From: Hydrolagus colliei
Lineage: Eukaryota
Direction of reading: 5' to 3'
Length of the DNA stretch: 64,000 nucleotides
NCBI GenBank assembly: GCA_035084275.1
Contig: CM068757.1
Location: 6,448,001 to 6,512,000, forward strand
Made by a program: the position numbers and the translations under genes. The notes beneath the pieces were generated by a model that was not told the origin of the DNA, ran no database searches, and worked only from the letters and a program-made list of their open reading frames with translations. The first letter of the stretch is position 1. Every line of letters starts with the position of its first letter. Positions 37,380 to 51,002 of this stretch are shown here, in pieces.

Positions 37380-40300
37380 ACTAATGTTGTTGTATAAATT
37401 CATGAAGCAAAGAGCTAATCAGAGGGAGTGTTTCAGACCCACAGCCTGGTCTAACTCTGGGAGTTCCCAGTTTAGTGCATGCCTATCACAGCCTTGGAGT
37501 GTCAGCAAGGACTATACGAGCTCCAAAGGCCCAGAGTGTGGGTCTTAAACTCAATCGGCCGTGGGACCATCAAAGTGGTGCTTAATAGGACTGGGGGCGG
37601 TGGGGGGGGGGGGAATAAAACAGGTGGCATTTAGTAGAAAAGGTGACTCTCTACTTTCCTTGTGACTCCGGTGTGCATGACTAGAGGGCAGATGAAGATG
37701 TGCAGAAATATTTGCACTCTCATCACTGAGTGACCTCTATAAAATCAATTTGTTCTGGCACGAGATTAATGGAAGAATGGAAGAATTAATGAACCACACA
37801 GGAGTACACAGTTGTGAGGGATCACATGATCGGCACGACATCTCCTAACACAGGAGTGCAGCCAGTGATCACAACAGTTACTCACAGTCGGTAAATAAAT
37901 ACTTTGGTCGCTGGATTCATGCTTTCGCATCTTAGTCATTTTTCATTCAGTTTTCCCGATACCAAGCATGATCATTAAAGGCTCATTATGTGATTAGACA
38001 GGACATGGTCTTGCATTGATGGTTTGTCCTTTTTGGTCTCACCTTATTCATTATTCATTTCACAGCGAACTGTATCCAACACCGCAGGCAATCCAGTGTT
38101 AGGTGTGCCAAGCCTCATTGACAATTGGGAACTGCTTAACAATAGTCCGAACTCACTACAAATTGTCTAAAGCATGCCAATATCTTTGCAAGGGGTAATG
38201 TATAAATCCAGCTACTTTTTCCCCAGACTACACATCCATTTAGGCTAACAGAGCACCTTCCAAGCGGGTAATGGTGCCCAGGGCTGGTTGCAAGAAGGGA
38301 TGGGACAGCAGAGGTTTCCCCTTGTGGTACAGACCAGCAGCAATCCACCCCTTGAGGGTTAAATCTATGATCGTTCATCCTCACGGTATGATACCTGATC
38401 CCCCGATGCACTGCCCTAATCCCACTGAACTGAAGCTCATCTTCTGATCTTAAGAATCCTATTTTCTAAAGTAAATTCTAAATCATCGCCTCATTGCAAA
38501 ACCTCACAGATACAGCTTGTAACTGCTCACTCTATAGCATCTCAATACGCATTATGGTGGGGTGAGGAAAACTTCAAACCTGGAGTCTGGGATACCTTGC
38601 ACTCTTGAGTTTTATGAACACTCCTTGCTGAAACCTATCTAGATGTTGGACTGTGTTCGAATCCAGCCATGAATGATGCGATGATTTTCACACACTGTCT
38701 GTTTGTTGAAACTAAGATTGGGATACCTTGCAGGAAACTACAGCACAGAACTGCCACTAATTCAGCACTAAATTAATGTATAATGGTTTCCTTTATCTGA
38801 TCTGGAAAACTGAACTGTAGTGGGATATTCATTTAGGATTGTAGCAGATTGGCGAGAGCTTTACTCTTATCTAATTTGACCTGTGTCTGATGTGAATACT
38901 GGACCCCCAAATTGACAAACCTTTGTGAGCCCGGAAGACGCAGTATTCCTCACCTGAATGAGGGCAGGGAAAAAAAAAATTCGGCAAGAGCATAGTTTCC
39001 CCCAAATCCTGCAATCCTCTGGGAATACAGTAACTCAAGGTCACGGTGCATGTTATCCTGTACAGTTTGAAGGGAGCTTATTTTAAAACCATCCTAAAAA
39101 CCTAGCTCTGCCTGTGTCTTGCGCCTGCATCCTCAATCCCAGCTTGATGATCCGTTTAGTCCTCGCAAAGCACTTTGATAAGTTGTTATCCAACTTGGAA
39201 CCCGAGGAAAACACACGTTGCTGTTGAAGAGTGGAGGCGGGGGTGGGGGGCGGGATGGGGATCGCGGACTGGTACTCGCACTGGCCGCAGCTTTGCTTCA
39301 TTCATTAGGAGGGTGAAGGATCCATCTGCTGTTCTTCCCCAGATACCTTCAAAACAAACTGCTTTCAGAGCTTCAGTGTGACCTGGGTGAGAGAACTTGA
39401 AACTGTACAGCACGTGGGCAGAGTCGCTGCGCCCAAAATGATCCTTCAGCGTAATGACAGCTGGCAGCACAGCCCACCTTTTCACATTGTACAAGTTAAC
39501 AAGGTTAAGCATATGATTCATCTAATCATGGATAACCTTCGTAAGTATGCTTCTTTGCAATGGGAGTGGTGGTGGGGGGGTGGGGGGGGGTTTGTGAGGG
39601 GAATTAAATTCAGCCTGTAGTACTTGTCATTCTAATGACACAGATTTCTTCTGTTACATTTCAGCAGGTCAGTGACAACTGTAGCTGAGTCATAATTTTT
39701 AGATACAACAAATTGATGGATAGCGGCTTTTCCTCCTCCCTGCCCACCCACAAACTGTGACTTAACCTGCTCCGTGGGCCTATGCCCTAGCTCTCTCACT
39801 GCTGTGTGAAATTTTGATATACAAACAGCCCAAAGAGAGGACAGCACTTGCTCAAAGCCATGAATATATGTGAAGGTGACGGGAACTACACTACCAGTCA
39901 ACGTACAGCTCAGAATGGATGTATTGGTATGTCATCTGATGGACAGTTTAAGGAGGTTTCGGTGAAGCAAATTTATTGGACCAACAGAAGGTCAAATCTA
40001 GATGGACTCAAACTGTTTTTGATGCTCTGTGTATGTGTGTGTGTGTGTTACCCTATCCCACTGCTTTCTGCTTACCAATAAACTCAGTTTATTGAGCCAT
40101 GAAGGTCCAGCCTAGGGCACTGCTTTAAAGGGTCATTGTCATTATGAGCATCAGACACATTATAAAATACAGGATAGGGCACTAAACGACAGTACAATAT
40201 CACTGTCACCTCACGGGCTGAGTCTGCCAATATATATGAATCATTTTGAATCCGTTTAAATTGAAACAAAAAATGTGTATTAAACATAATACAGTTGGGT

Positions 40301-41703
40301 GATAAAATACAGTCACTATGCTCATCGTAAATCCTGTAGAGTACATCGAGAGATAAGATGCAATATCAAATGTAAGGATTTAAGGAGGTGAGGTGAGCAG
40401 AAAGGAAAAATGAACAATACTAAAGCAACCCATAAGTATCAATGATAAACAGGAAGCTGACAACAATCCAAATGGTCCTTACAATGAAAAGAGCAGCATT
40501 CGTTAATCGTGGCTCCTATGTTAACTATGTGAACCATCCAATCCTAATAGACTGATCTGAAGAGGCACAGAATGTGTTGCAGCAATGCTGCTTTCTATAT
40601 TTAAACAGTGCGGTCGGTACACCAGCTGTACCAGAGCAAACCATGAAACCTCTGCAAGTCTGCTGGGTGTGAATTCATCACTGGCTGGAAGAAATGAGAG
40701 CAGTTTATGGCTTTCTCCTTGGCTGCTTTTTGTTCATTTTTCTTTTTACTGGTAATGCAACACACAAGGGGAACAAACAACACCATTCGCATAGTGCAAT
40801 GGAGCCCCTGGGGTGCTCTGCGACTTGCATTACCAGGTACCAGTTGATGGCTATCATAACAAGGTATTCATTCAGTGTGCGTCTCCCTTTACCGGGAGAC
40901 TGAATCAAAAAGGCCTGTCCTGCACAGATGTGTAGGAGCTAGTTACACTTTCATACGCATGACACATCACAGTGGTACTGTCCCCGATCAAAGGCAATGT
41001 ATAAAAGTGTCATTATTTACACGGATCGAAACATGAAGCAAGGTTACTGGCATCAAATGTTTTAAAACATGGCTCGGTCCCAAGGTACTGCTGACATTCA
41101 CTATCCAATTAACATTTACAAGCAAAACAAGCTTCATCAGTCTACCAGAAATCCAAATGGAGGCTGGGAAATATCCTTGCAGGAAAGGAAGGTTGTCATC
41201 GAGATGGCTTTGGTTTCACAAAGAAAAAAAGGACCAAAAAAACCCACCAAAGAAGATGTGTGCATAGAAGGGGGTTATTGGGAAGAGGGGAAAGTGAAAG
41301 ACTCCCTGTGCTGGTTATGAATGAAAAGGAAAATTGTAGCCAAAGTAATTCAGATAAACTAACGATGATGAAATTCATAATGTTTAGACTGTGACTGCCA
41401 CTGGCGGTGAACTCCCCACTTCGTCTGAGCCAGCCAGTCAATGAGAGTAACAAAACAAAATCTTAATTGTGGCCGCTGCGAATATTTCTCTTCTACGCTC
41501 CAGAAACGGAACAGAACTCAATTGGCTGGCTCCCTCTGCCAGCCGTGCCACAGAACACATTCAACGCAGAGAGATCTGCCGAGTGGCACAGCTTTCCAAA
41601 CCCAAGCCTGGAATTTAAAAGAACGGGTGAATCTATAGAAATGTCGCACTCTGTCAAAGGTAACTGAGCTTTGACTCAACTCCAAAAAGCAAACTCACAT
41701 TGG

Positions 41704-41800
41704 ATAATACTAGTCCTTGCATTTGATCTAGCGCCTTATCACATCTTTGAGACGTATTAAAACACTTCACAGAATATAGTGGAAAGGGAAGTGACTGTAC
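41704..41800 (-). mobile_element. SINE 3' fragment
   Basis: tccttgcatttgatctagcgccttatcacatctttgagacg...cttcacagaatata. Confidence 0.8.
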
Positions 41801-43177
41801 ATTGAATGTATGAAACGATCCCTTGATAATATATGGCTTCTTCAATCCCCATCCTTCCCCGTCAAATAAACATCCCAAATCTATACTATCTATTACATCA
41901 GTTCTAAGATCTCCGTCCAGCAACCACACCTGGAAAGTGCAACTGTGCGAATGTTGGATAGAAACAGGATTAAGCTCGGCTGCAAAGGGTTACTGTTGAT
42001 GAACCGGCTGCAAACAATGACTCTGAACCTCCCATGTGCATTGCAATCTTTTTATCACTTGGAACTTCCAATTCCCAACATATAGTGAATAAATAGTTGC
42101 AATACTTCAGTTGCAATACCCATGGACATCCTCTTCCCTTGCCCTCCCAACCACTAAACCCCATGTCAAGCGAGATGATGACTGGTGTAAATAATGCAAG
42201 TTGTTGTTGTCATGCTCACAACGAATACTTGAGTAAGCTGCTAGCTTACCCAGGGTAACTGCAACCTTCAGACGAAGAGGGGAGCAAACTGCTGTACATT
42301 GGATTTCTCAGGATACAGTGTCATCTTGAAATGCTGTAGTGTCGTACTGGTATGAGACAATCTATTTAGACAGTCTTGCTGGAGGCAGACCAGCTAAATT
42401 AAAGTGCAAATCAGCTGCTCGAAGCTTCGAGTTTTTGTGCCAAACTCACGATGTTACAAAGGAATCAAACACATCCACAGATCTGAAACATGCAACTCAC
42501 TACACTCTCTCTTCAATTCACTTGATAGATCTTTTTCGCTTTCAGGTCTGATCGACAAGGATTCTGAAAAAGTTACAGGTACTTTGAAAGCACTTCATGA
42601 TTTGGATTTCCATATGAATGGAGAAAAAAAAAACTTTTTTGTATTGCAGTTGATTTGGACTCTATGTTACGCTCCACTGCACTGCAATCATTGCCTTCGG
42701 TGTTCTTCCTTCTGAAGGGCGACACTTTATTCCGATGCTTGGCTACTGGCTTTGTGCCGTAATGTATTTTTCTCCCCAGCGATTTGGGACGGCAATGAAA
42801 GTGGATTAAACTGAATAAAATAAAAGCTGAAAAAAAACTCGGTCCTCCTCAACCTGACGCTTACGACAGAAAGCAAATCATTCTGCAGATCAGGCACAGG
42901 ATCCCATTGGGGGAAGAATTCATAATAAACTCTTCAAGCTTTTTAACGTCTGAGATGCTGCGACAGTTTTGCAAAACACAGCGTGACAGGAAAAAAGTGC
43001 AAGCTTCAAGGCAAGAATTGAATGACTTTTAAAGGCTTGGAATGTTTTAAGTTGTAAACATGTTGGCTTTGTACCAAACTACTCCTTCGGTTCTTTACCC
43101 AACAAATGCAGAGATTCCCTCTTCAACTCAGTAAAGTAGCTGAGAAAATCAATGAACGACCAGATTTTTCTTAACAA

Positions 43178-43322
43178 AACTGTGCGCTGTGAGCAATTGG
43201 CCGCCATGTTTCGCCCACAAAATATATAGTCAAGCCACTTTACAATCCATTTCATGAAGCGCTTTGAAATGTCTCAATGACATGATGAGGCGCTATATCA
43301 AAGGCAAGGATTTTTATCATTA
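43178..43322 (+). mobile_element. SINE 3' fragment
   Basis: gctgtgagcaattggccgccatgtttcgcccaca...gcgctatatcaaaggcaagg. Confidence 0.82.
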
Positions 43323-43614
43323 CACGCAAACCACCTTCCTCTGAATCGACAAGTGAAGCAATGGGAATGTCTGTGCAAGAAATGAGTTGTATTAAACAGA
43401 TTTGTTTTACAAGAGAAATGTTTTAGATTAAAAATGCATGAATTCAATTTTGCTCCAGTCAAGGGAAATGGATTCTATACTTAAAACAGTTTAGGCTTTG
43501 TGCTTAATATACTGTGATGGTTCCATTCTTACAATGCAATGATTGATCGGGAGGAGTTAATCAGGGCCTTTATTGGAACAGCGCGTGCAGTTGTTCAGAA
43601 AATGTTGTCCGCAG

Positions 43615-43669
43615 TTTTACTCCTCCCGAGTCCTCCCATATTTTACTCCTCCCGAGTCCTCCTATTTTA
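43615..43669. repeat. Tandem duplication, unit about 26 bp
   Basis: TTTTACTCCTCCCGAGTCCTCC occurs twice, separated by CATA. Confidence 0.9.
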
Positions 43670-44684
43670 AGATCACAAGTTCTCTGTAACTTGCTCAACA
43701 ACAGCTTGCATTTATATGGTACCCTTCACGTGGGGTGGCAGGTCAGAGCGCTGAAACTCTTGTCACGGTATTTATTTCCCATCTAAAATTTCCTTTGTAT
43801 AGGTGTGAATGCATTCAGTCTGCTGTCACCATCGAGGTAGGTCGATTTATCAGAGTATCATCCCCATCACTGTAAAGTTCAGCTGTAATATTCCTGGCTT
43901 CCCATTCAGTTCCTCCTCCCTCTTCAAACCTTTCTATCAGTGTGTTCAGGATGATTCTGCACCATGCGCTCTACACAGCACATTCCTTGATGCACGCAGT
44001 CTTGGGCAAGTTCTGTAATCTCGTCCCTGTGAGTTTAAAAATAAGCCACTCAAATGCAATTTTAAAGGTAAAATATTTATGCCGTGAAGCAAAATTATAC
44101 GCGTAAAAAGTTGTACTGCAGCTGCAAATTGGTGCCACTCAGTGAACAGAGCCACATCAACAAATCCATTACATAGAGCAGATTAATGATTTTTGATTCT
44201 CGTTGCTCTTGAGTTTTCTTTCTCTCTCTCTGCTCCCACCCTCTTCTGCTCTTTTGTCTATGCTTTTTGCATTCACTCCTGTGACTCAATTATACTGGTT
44301 TAAATGTTACTACAAATTCTTCTGTTAGATCATGCCAGAGGATGTGGACAAGAAGCACATATGAAACAATATTCACCCATGCTAACTTATATTTAGTAAG
44401 AACATTTCCTCTGTAGGCGTAAAATCATAGCTACTGAATCACCTTTGCATTTCTTGGTGGATTATTTTGATAGGATTACTGTGCAAGTGTTATTTTGGCT
44501 TTCTCCTCTCTTATTGTTTATATGGATTTATGGTTGAAACAGTGCCAGTGGAACGCTGCTTGCTTGCTTGCACCAAACAAACACAGCATGTATACTTTCG
44601 CCCACAAGTATACAGTCGGCTTTCCTGCTCTCCTTCCCCCTGTCCTGACCCCTCCCCTTGACATCTTTTGCCCCCATTTCCCTT

Positions 44685-44876
44685 AATCCCACTTCCAAGA
44701 CTGTTTGTAGGATACTGCTGTGCGCAATTTAGCTGCTGCGTTTCCCCCACAAATATACAGTCAATTTTCCTACTCTTCTTCTCCCTACCTTTGGGATGTT
44801 GTTGTATTCTGTGAAGCGCTTTGAGACGTCGATAAGATGTGGAAAGCGCTATATAAACGTAAGCATTATATTATTA
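44685..44876 (+). mobile_element. SINE 3' half
   Basis: gactgtttgtaggatactgctgtgcgcaatt...tattctgtgaagcgctttgagacg...aaagcgctatataaacg. Confidence 0.82.
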
Positions 44877-45249
44877 CATTATTATGGTCTCTGCACATAG
44901 TAGAAAAATGGCCTTTGAAACCACGCAAGATTCTCAAGAAAAGTGTGCAATCTCGCACGACTCATCTACAAATCACGGCAAACACTTCAAATCCCAAATG
45001 TTATCATGAGCCAAGGACTGAAGTACCGCCCTGAAACGCCCAGGAGATAACTTGGGACACATGGCAGGGGACTTGATCTCACAAACTTCTGACCCAGGGA
45101 TGAGAGAGTTACCAGGTGAGCCTAACTGAACTAGCCACTCAGTGCACCATTTTGACTGGTTTTCGAACACATTCCATTTCACAACTCACCGGGCGATGGC
45201 CAACACTGTGCAGGAAACATTGTATAAGCTTGATACATCAAGCTTATAC

Positions 45250-45560
45250 AATATAATTTACATTGTGCCTTTCACATCCGGAGGAAGTCCCAAAGCGTTT
45301 GACACTGTTGGCTGGGTGGGCAGCCAAACTGGGTATTAGTGAAAAGCTTATAATGTACTGTTTTTATTTGGGGTTGTGGGAATGTACTTGGTGCAGTAAG
45401 TCCGTTGGTTCTGATAGAAAGTTATCCTAATTTCTGATAATAATAACCATAATAATCTTGGCGTTTGATATAGCTCCTTGTCATGTCATTGAGACATCTC
45501 AAAGGGTTTTCAAGAGCATACTGTAAGGTGGGTTGACTGTATACTTTGTGGGTGATGTGC
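45250..45560 (-). mobile_element. L2 tail (about 45250-45305) and SINE tail (about 45437-45560) fragments
   Basis: tttacattgtgcctttcacatccggaggaagtcccaaagcg; aataatcttggcgtttgatatagctc...gagacatctcaaag. Confidence 0.72.
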
Positions 45561-46713
45561 ATAATGTGGATGGGGAATCTCCAGATTTACAGATAGATCA
45601 CCAAATGATAATGTACACAAAGTGAGGTCCCAGGCCAATGAATGTGTGCAGAAATATGATTACTGATGGAAAGTGCTGCACTGTTCCAGTCGAGCAAAGA
45701 GGGACTGTTTGCCAATGGTACAATTAATGCAAGAGTAGGACTGGAGCAAAGAGCAACATGAATAGATAGATGTGGGACTGTGATATACTGCAGGGAGAAT
45801 GTGCAGATTCAATTTGTTGAGTCAGAAATGACATTAATGAGTCTGTGCTTTAAAACAGTCTCTTGAATGCTGCTCCTTTTTTTCTCTTTGGATACTACAT
45901 GCTGGCTATGGCGTACAGGAGTGGCAACACTTGAGATTTAGTCCTCCACGGCTTACTAATTAAGTAGCATTCAGTCCTCTGCTGAAGGAGAGAGAGAAAA
46001 ACTACTGGTCACTGAAGATTCTACACAGCACTTGCGTTCTGGTAAAGCACCAGAACAATAGCATTCTCCTAGTGTCACGTGTCATTTTTCAAGGACATCC
46101 CTTCAGTAACACCTAGGACTAAATGATGGATTTCTGTTTTGGAGGCACATTTCACCTTAAGACACTGTTGAATTAGTTGGGGGGTTTTTTAAACGAAAAC
46201 CTCTGAAGTACTAAATCTATAAAGGGAGAATTAACGACTATTTAGTCATATGTCGTACCATCAACATCTCCGGCTCTTGCATCATGATGTAGTTTACTCG
46301 CCGCTGCGAGGCAGGACCTTTGAAGTGTTCTGGTCTTACATTCCAGAGAGAGGAAAGTGATGGGATATTATTAACTGGAGGACAGAAGGTGTAGAAATTG
46401 GATTCACTAACCGGCGAGTTGCAGTAGCATTGCACAAGTTGCAGATTTAACTACGTGATGTATTGCAGCCAGGGGCATTAGCAGAGCATCCCTGCCTTGC
46501 ACCCAGGAGTCCAACAATCCAGAAGAAGATTTCTCAAACTAAAAATCCACACATCAACTCAACATACTTTTTCTGAAGGAACGGAAATCTACTGATCTGA
46601 CATAATCCAAAGAATTCACATCACCACTCAGTAACGGAAACCTGATTCAGAAATCATGCAAAAGGATCAGAAGCAAAGGCGGTTCTTTCAAGCCTCGTTT
46701 GGCTATCACAAAC

Positions 46714-46823
46714 CTTCGCCCACAAACGTACAGTCAACTCACTTTCAAAGTATATGCTGTGAAGCGCTTTGAGACATCTAGAAGACATGAAAAGCACCAT
46801 ATCAAAGGCAAGGATTATTATTA
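46714..46823 (+). mobile_element. SINE 3' fragment
   Basis: ttcgcccacaaa...ctgtgaagcgctttgagacatctagaagacatgaaaagcaccatatcaaaggcaaggattattatta. Confidence 0.85.
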
Positions 46824-47466
46824 CTCACTGCCACGAGTCCTTGTGGGTGTGAAGTTGGATTGAGATGTCACTACTTTGCTGCAATTGTATGAGTCATGTG
46901 TGTTAAAACTTCTAGTTAGTTCCTTTCATTGTCAGCCACTTCATTCACACAGTTATATTATGTAACTATAAAATGTTACAAACTGTGCAGAAGAATTAAA
47001 CAAGCCTTGCAAACAAAATAAAAGTTGAGTCAGTCCCCAGAGACTATCATAAATATAGATTTGTTGTAGTGAAACAAGATTAGGCATCCCCAAATAGCCT
47101 TGTACTGATGAAAAATGATGTCGCCTTACTATAAAAATACTATATTTTGACTGTTTGATTGGGAAATTAGTCCTAAAAGGTTTGCTTTTTTTGTCTTCCC
47201 ACTGAAACTCTAATATTACAATGCAAGGATCCGTAAATGTTTTTTTCTGGGCTGGATTCCAGGGACAACACTGATGACAGAAAGCGCCTGCTGGGATTTT
47301 CTATCTCTTAGACATTAATGGATCTGTTAATTCTCATTTGGAGAGATGAAAAAAGACTTACGGAATGCCAAATCACACCAACATTGACATGCCCTTTCTG
47401 TGGAGAAGCAACCCATATTAAAGTGATTAATGAATGCTCCAATTGTATCTGAGCAAACTAAACTAT

Positions 47467-47487
47467 ACACACACACACACACACACT
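47467..47487. repeat. (CA)n microsatellite
   Basis: Direct reading. Confidence 0.95.
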
Positions 47488-48039
47488 TACGTCACTGGGC
47501 AATCGAGCTCCCAACGGGGAAACGTTTATTAGTTCTGTACTCCCTATAGTGAGCAAAAGAAATGAGTCTGGAGAGCAACAAAGAATTTAATCATGTTGCA
47601 GAAGAAGACAGAACACCATTCTAGCCTAGTCTTCATATTTTAACATACTTTATGAGCTGGCATTGCAGTAAAGTCATCTATGCCTTCACTTGCATTCTTG
47701 AAACCTTTAGTGCTACCTATTAAAATAGAGGGAGAAACTTTGTGTAAACACGATCCAATTTATACACTGCAATTAATTTTTCGTGTGCGTGTTCAACAAG
47801 GTCAATTCTTCATTCACGTCAAGCACTCCCAGTTGGTTCAATACGATTAGAGTAAAGATTTTCTTGCTCCGTCCCACCAAGAATACCATAGCGGTTCTGT
47901 GATGTTATCAATTTAATGGCAATTACTGCCGAATTCTGTGCTGTGACAGGTTACCACGATGAAGTGGATGCAGACCATTCACACAAATTTCTCACAGGGC
48001 TCTCACAGCTTCACAGTTCCATTCCAACATCTGGTCTGC

Positions 48040-48105
48040 GTTCAGCGCTTTGGGACGTCCTCCCGACGTGAAAGGTGCTGTACAAATGTAATTTTTGTTG
48101 TTATT
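48040..48105 (+). mobile_element. L2 3'-terminal fragment
   Basis: ttcagcgctttgggacgtcctcccgacgtgaaaggtgctgtacaaatgtaatttttgttgtt. Confidence 0.88.
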
Positions 48106-49155
48106 ACATTCCCACATCTGGATCTCAAGAACAGAAAGCACAGGGTTGCGTACCACTGGGTCAATCAGTCTGCCTGTTAAGTATAATGACAATGATGTGG
48201 CATGATAGATTGGGTGTTTGAGTTATAAGGCTGGGTACTTTCCTCCACATCGGGAAAAAGGCATACAGCATACAGCTTTTTAATGGGTGTGTTTAGTTGC
48301 AATCTGTGGAATGATAATATAAGTGGATTTCCAGCCATGTATGTTCACTACAATTAAATCCTGGTCATTTACACTGGAGTGAAGACATTGGTTGACTGCA
48401 ATGTCATCAGGCTCCAAATGCATTTTTTGGTGGTTTTATCTTTTATTTGCATGCGTTCAACCAACAGATAGTGACACACTTGAACAGCAAAATGCTGGAT
48501 TTTATAATCACTCACAGAAAGGCTTGAAATAGCTCCTTAGCAACCAGGCAAGGGCTGAAATAACTCTTACTTTCCAAAGGAAAGTATTGGTGTCACTTAA
48601 TCAATAGTTGACGCAAGTCGATCCGTTCAGTGATGGGGAGCCAGCGGAGCCTGGTCAGAACTAGTGAGATGAGGGTATGGAGTTTAGTCCAGGTAAATAC
48701 GCGGGCTGCAAAGTTCTGAAATTAGTATTGAGGTGGCTGTTTCACAAAGTATCAGTGACCAGAGGCACTAATGTCCAGCCAGCAAGATCTCATTCTACAA
48801 GCAGCAACACTTATTGCACTGATCATAGTTTTCAAGTGTCCCCAATGGGCTAAGTGGTTGCACAATAGCCCAACAGTTACAATCTACATAGCAAAAAAGG
48901 CTATATTTGCCTAATAATTGTTAACATATATTATATACACACATATAGAGATACATATACACATATTAAAAACCTCAAGGGGCAGATTGATCAAAAAGCA
49001 ATAGAAATCTGTCGGGACATTAACACCAGCAGAGAGAAATAGAAGTCTAGATTCCATTCCCAATCTTGGAATAAAGGGTTTTCTAGTCTATATAAACTCT
49101 ATTTAAATGCACGATTTCCCCAGTTCCATTGACAAAGTGTGTGGCAAATGGTATG

Positions 49156-49270
49156 GACCAGCCAGTTGGTGCCAATAGTATTGAACTGGTTAATGGTAGA
49201 GGCACTGAACCAGCCAATGCCGATAGTATCGAAATCAGTTAATGGAAAAGGTATTGAATCGGCCAGTGGC
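49156..49270. repeat. Degenerate tandem repeat, unit about 48-52 bp, about 2.2 copies
   Basis: accagcca..tgccaatagtattgaactggttaatggtagaggcactga / accagccaatgccgatagtatcgaaatcagttaatggaaaaggtattga / atcggccagtggc. Confidence 0.75.
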
Positions 49271-49777
49271 ACTTCTCCTAAAACCTAGGTTGTTGTTAAT
49301 CAAAGTCTTCTTTGGTTTTAATATTTTATGTCACTATTCAGAAAATACCTCTTTAGTACACTGGTTAAAATCTTTATAGACCATTTAAATGACTGTTGGT
49401 TGTAAAAGTCTGTATTTTATGACTCCCCCAAGGTTGTATTGCCTATAATAGATGGAAAATGATTAAGACTCTCTCAGCAAACTTTAGTAACATTTGTAAT
49501 GGTGCAATCGCTCCAATCATTGTGCTTTGGTGTACAAATTACATTACTTAATGCGCTGTGGTCTGACACTGATGGAAATTATTCACTATTATACAGAGTA
49601 AGACAAAACTGGATGTTTATTATGAAATAATAAAGGTTTCCTTACATGGTTGGATGTGCCATACTTTGGATGAGACATTTATTGGAGATCTGTTTTGGTA
49701 GTTCAGATACAAGTTATAAGATCCCATCGCACCACACCACAAGTATTTTGAAGAACAGGAGACATTTCTTGAAACAG

Positions 49778-49965
49778 TAGCCCACAAAATACAGTGAATT
49801 CACGTTTCCAATATATTCTGCAAAGCACTTTGAGATGTCTCAATGATGTGATAAGTCACTATATCAATTGCATGATTATTATTAATAATAATCCTTGCAT
49901 TTGATACAGCACCATAGCAAAGTCACCAAGGCATCTCAAAGTGCTTCCTAGGATTTACTGGAGAG
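49778..49965. mobile_element. Two SINE 3' fragments joined tail-to-tail (inverted)
   Basis: The + copy ends ...tatatcaattgcatgattattatt and the - copy starts aataataatccttgcatttgata; the junction ttattatt|aataataa is palindromic. Confidence 0.8.
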
Positions 49966-50364
49966 TAGTGACAGAGTGTATGTTGGCGAAGAGTCATGGA
50001 CGAGTCACGAGTTGTAACAGTAATTTATAAAACGTGATGCTTTCTGTCTGCTCTGTTTGTCTCACAACTAATAATGTTGGATATGATAAAAATGCAAGTC
50101 ACAGCAAAACAGCAGCATTTCACTTCACATCTTTGCATTGCTGTGAAAAACAATAAATTTAATTTAACTTTCCTCCTGAAGTTTCAAATCCAGTTAGTAA
50201 CCATACCAGATATCCCAGTCATGATAAAACATCACCATGAAGATGAGATAAAAGTAAAAAGAAGAAGCACTGCTGAAATTAAGGACAAGAAAGCTGTCAA
50301 AATGATTCACTTTGGGCAAGTACTCAAGTTTTATCTTACTCCGTCAGAGATTTTCCAATTTCCC

Positions 50365-50605
50365 CATATTCAGATGAGACATTAAACAGAGGTCCCTGCT
50401 CTCGATTCACATGAATGTTAAAGATCCTGGTGATGGAAAACAGAAGGGGGTATTTCCCCCAGTGTCCTGACCAACAAACAATCATAGAGGTGAATTGGTC
50501 ATTCAAACCATAACTATTTGTGGGACATGATGTGTGTAAATTGGCTGCTGAGTTTACCTACAAATATACAGTTATTGCATTTGGCAGTAATTGCCCGTGA
50601 AGCTT
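50365..50605 (+). mobile_element. Deu-domain SINE fragment
   Basis: ttcagatgagacattaaacagaggtccctg...atgttaaagatcc...cccagtgtcctgaccaa...tttgtgggac...aaattggctgctg. Confidence 0.7.
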
Positions 50606-51002
50606 TTTTGTAAAGAAAAGACATTTTGACATTACAGACATTACTGTGTCAAATCAAACAAGTAAATTTAAGGCAAATAAATGGTTGGAGACAATAGGTG
50701 AGATTCTGTAATCATCCTTCATAGTCAATCATGTCTGTTTGGTTTTTGGCTTGTACGTGTCCTGATCTTGGCTGTGAGTTTACAATAGGAAAACCAATGT
50801 ATATAGGTATCTGTTAAGATATGTTAAAATTGACAGCCATCAGAGAAAACTCCAACTATTGCACTAAAGAAATTAGGTTGATATGTTGGGTTTAGCTGGG
50901 CAGTGGGCACCCATAATTTTTTTTTAAATTGTCAGTAAAGTAGTGCGCAAATGTTCCAATGCTTTTAGAGCACAACGTTAATGCAGACATTAATAGTTTG
51001 GG

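Noticed and set aside
38200-38900. Possible LF-SINE-like or other ancient repeat fragments (also about 10820-11100, 13090-13400, 61550)
   Set aside because: The resemblance is too weak to call by eye; needs a Dfam/RepeatMasker run.
43615-49270. CRISPR-like arrays at the short tandem repeats (43615, 49156, also 26565)
   Set aside because: Only 2-3 adjacent units with no unique spacers, no cas genes, and a vertebrate context.
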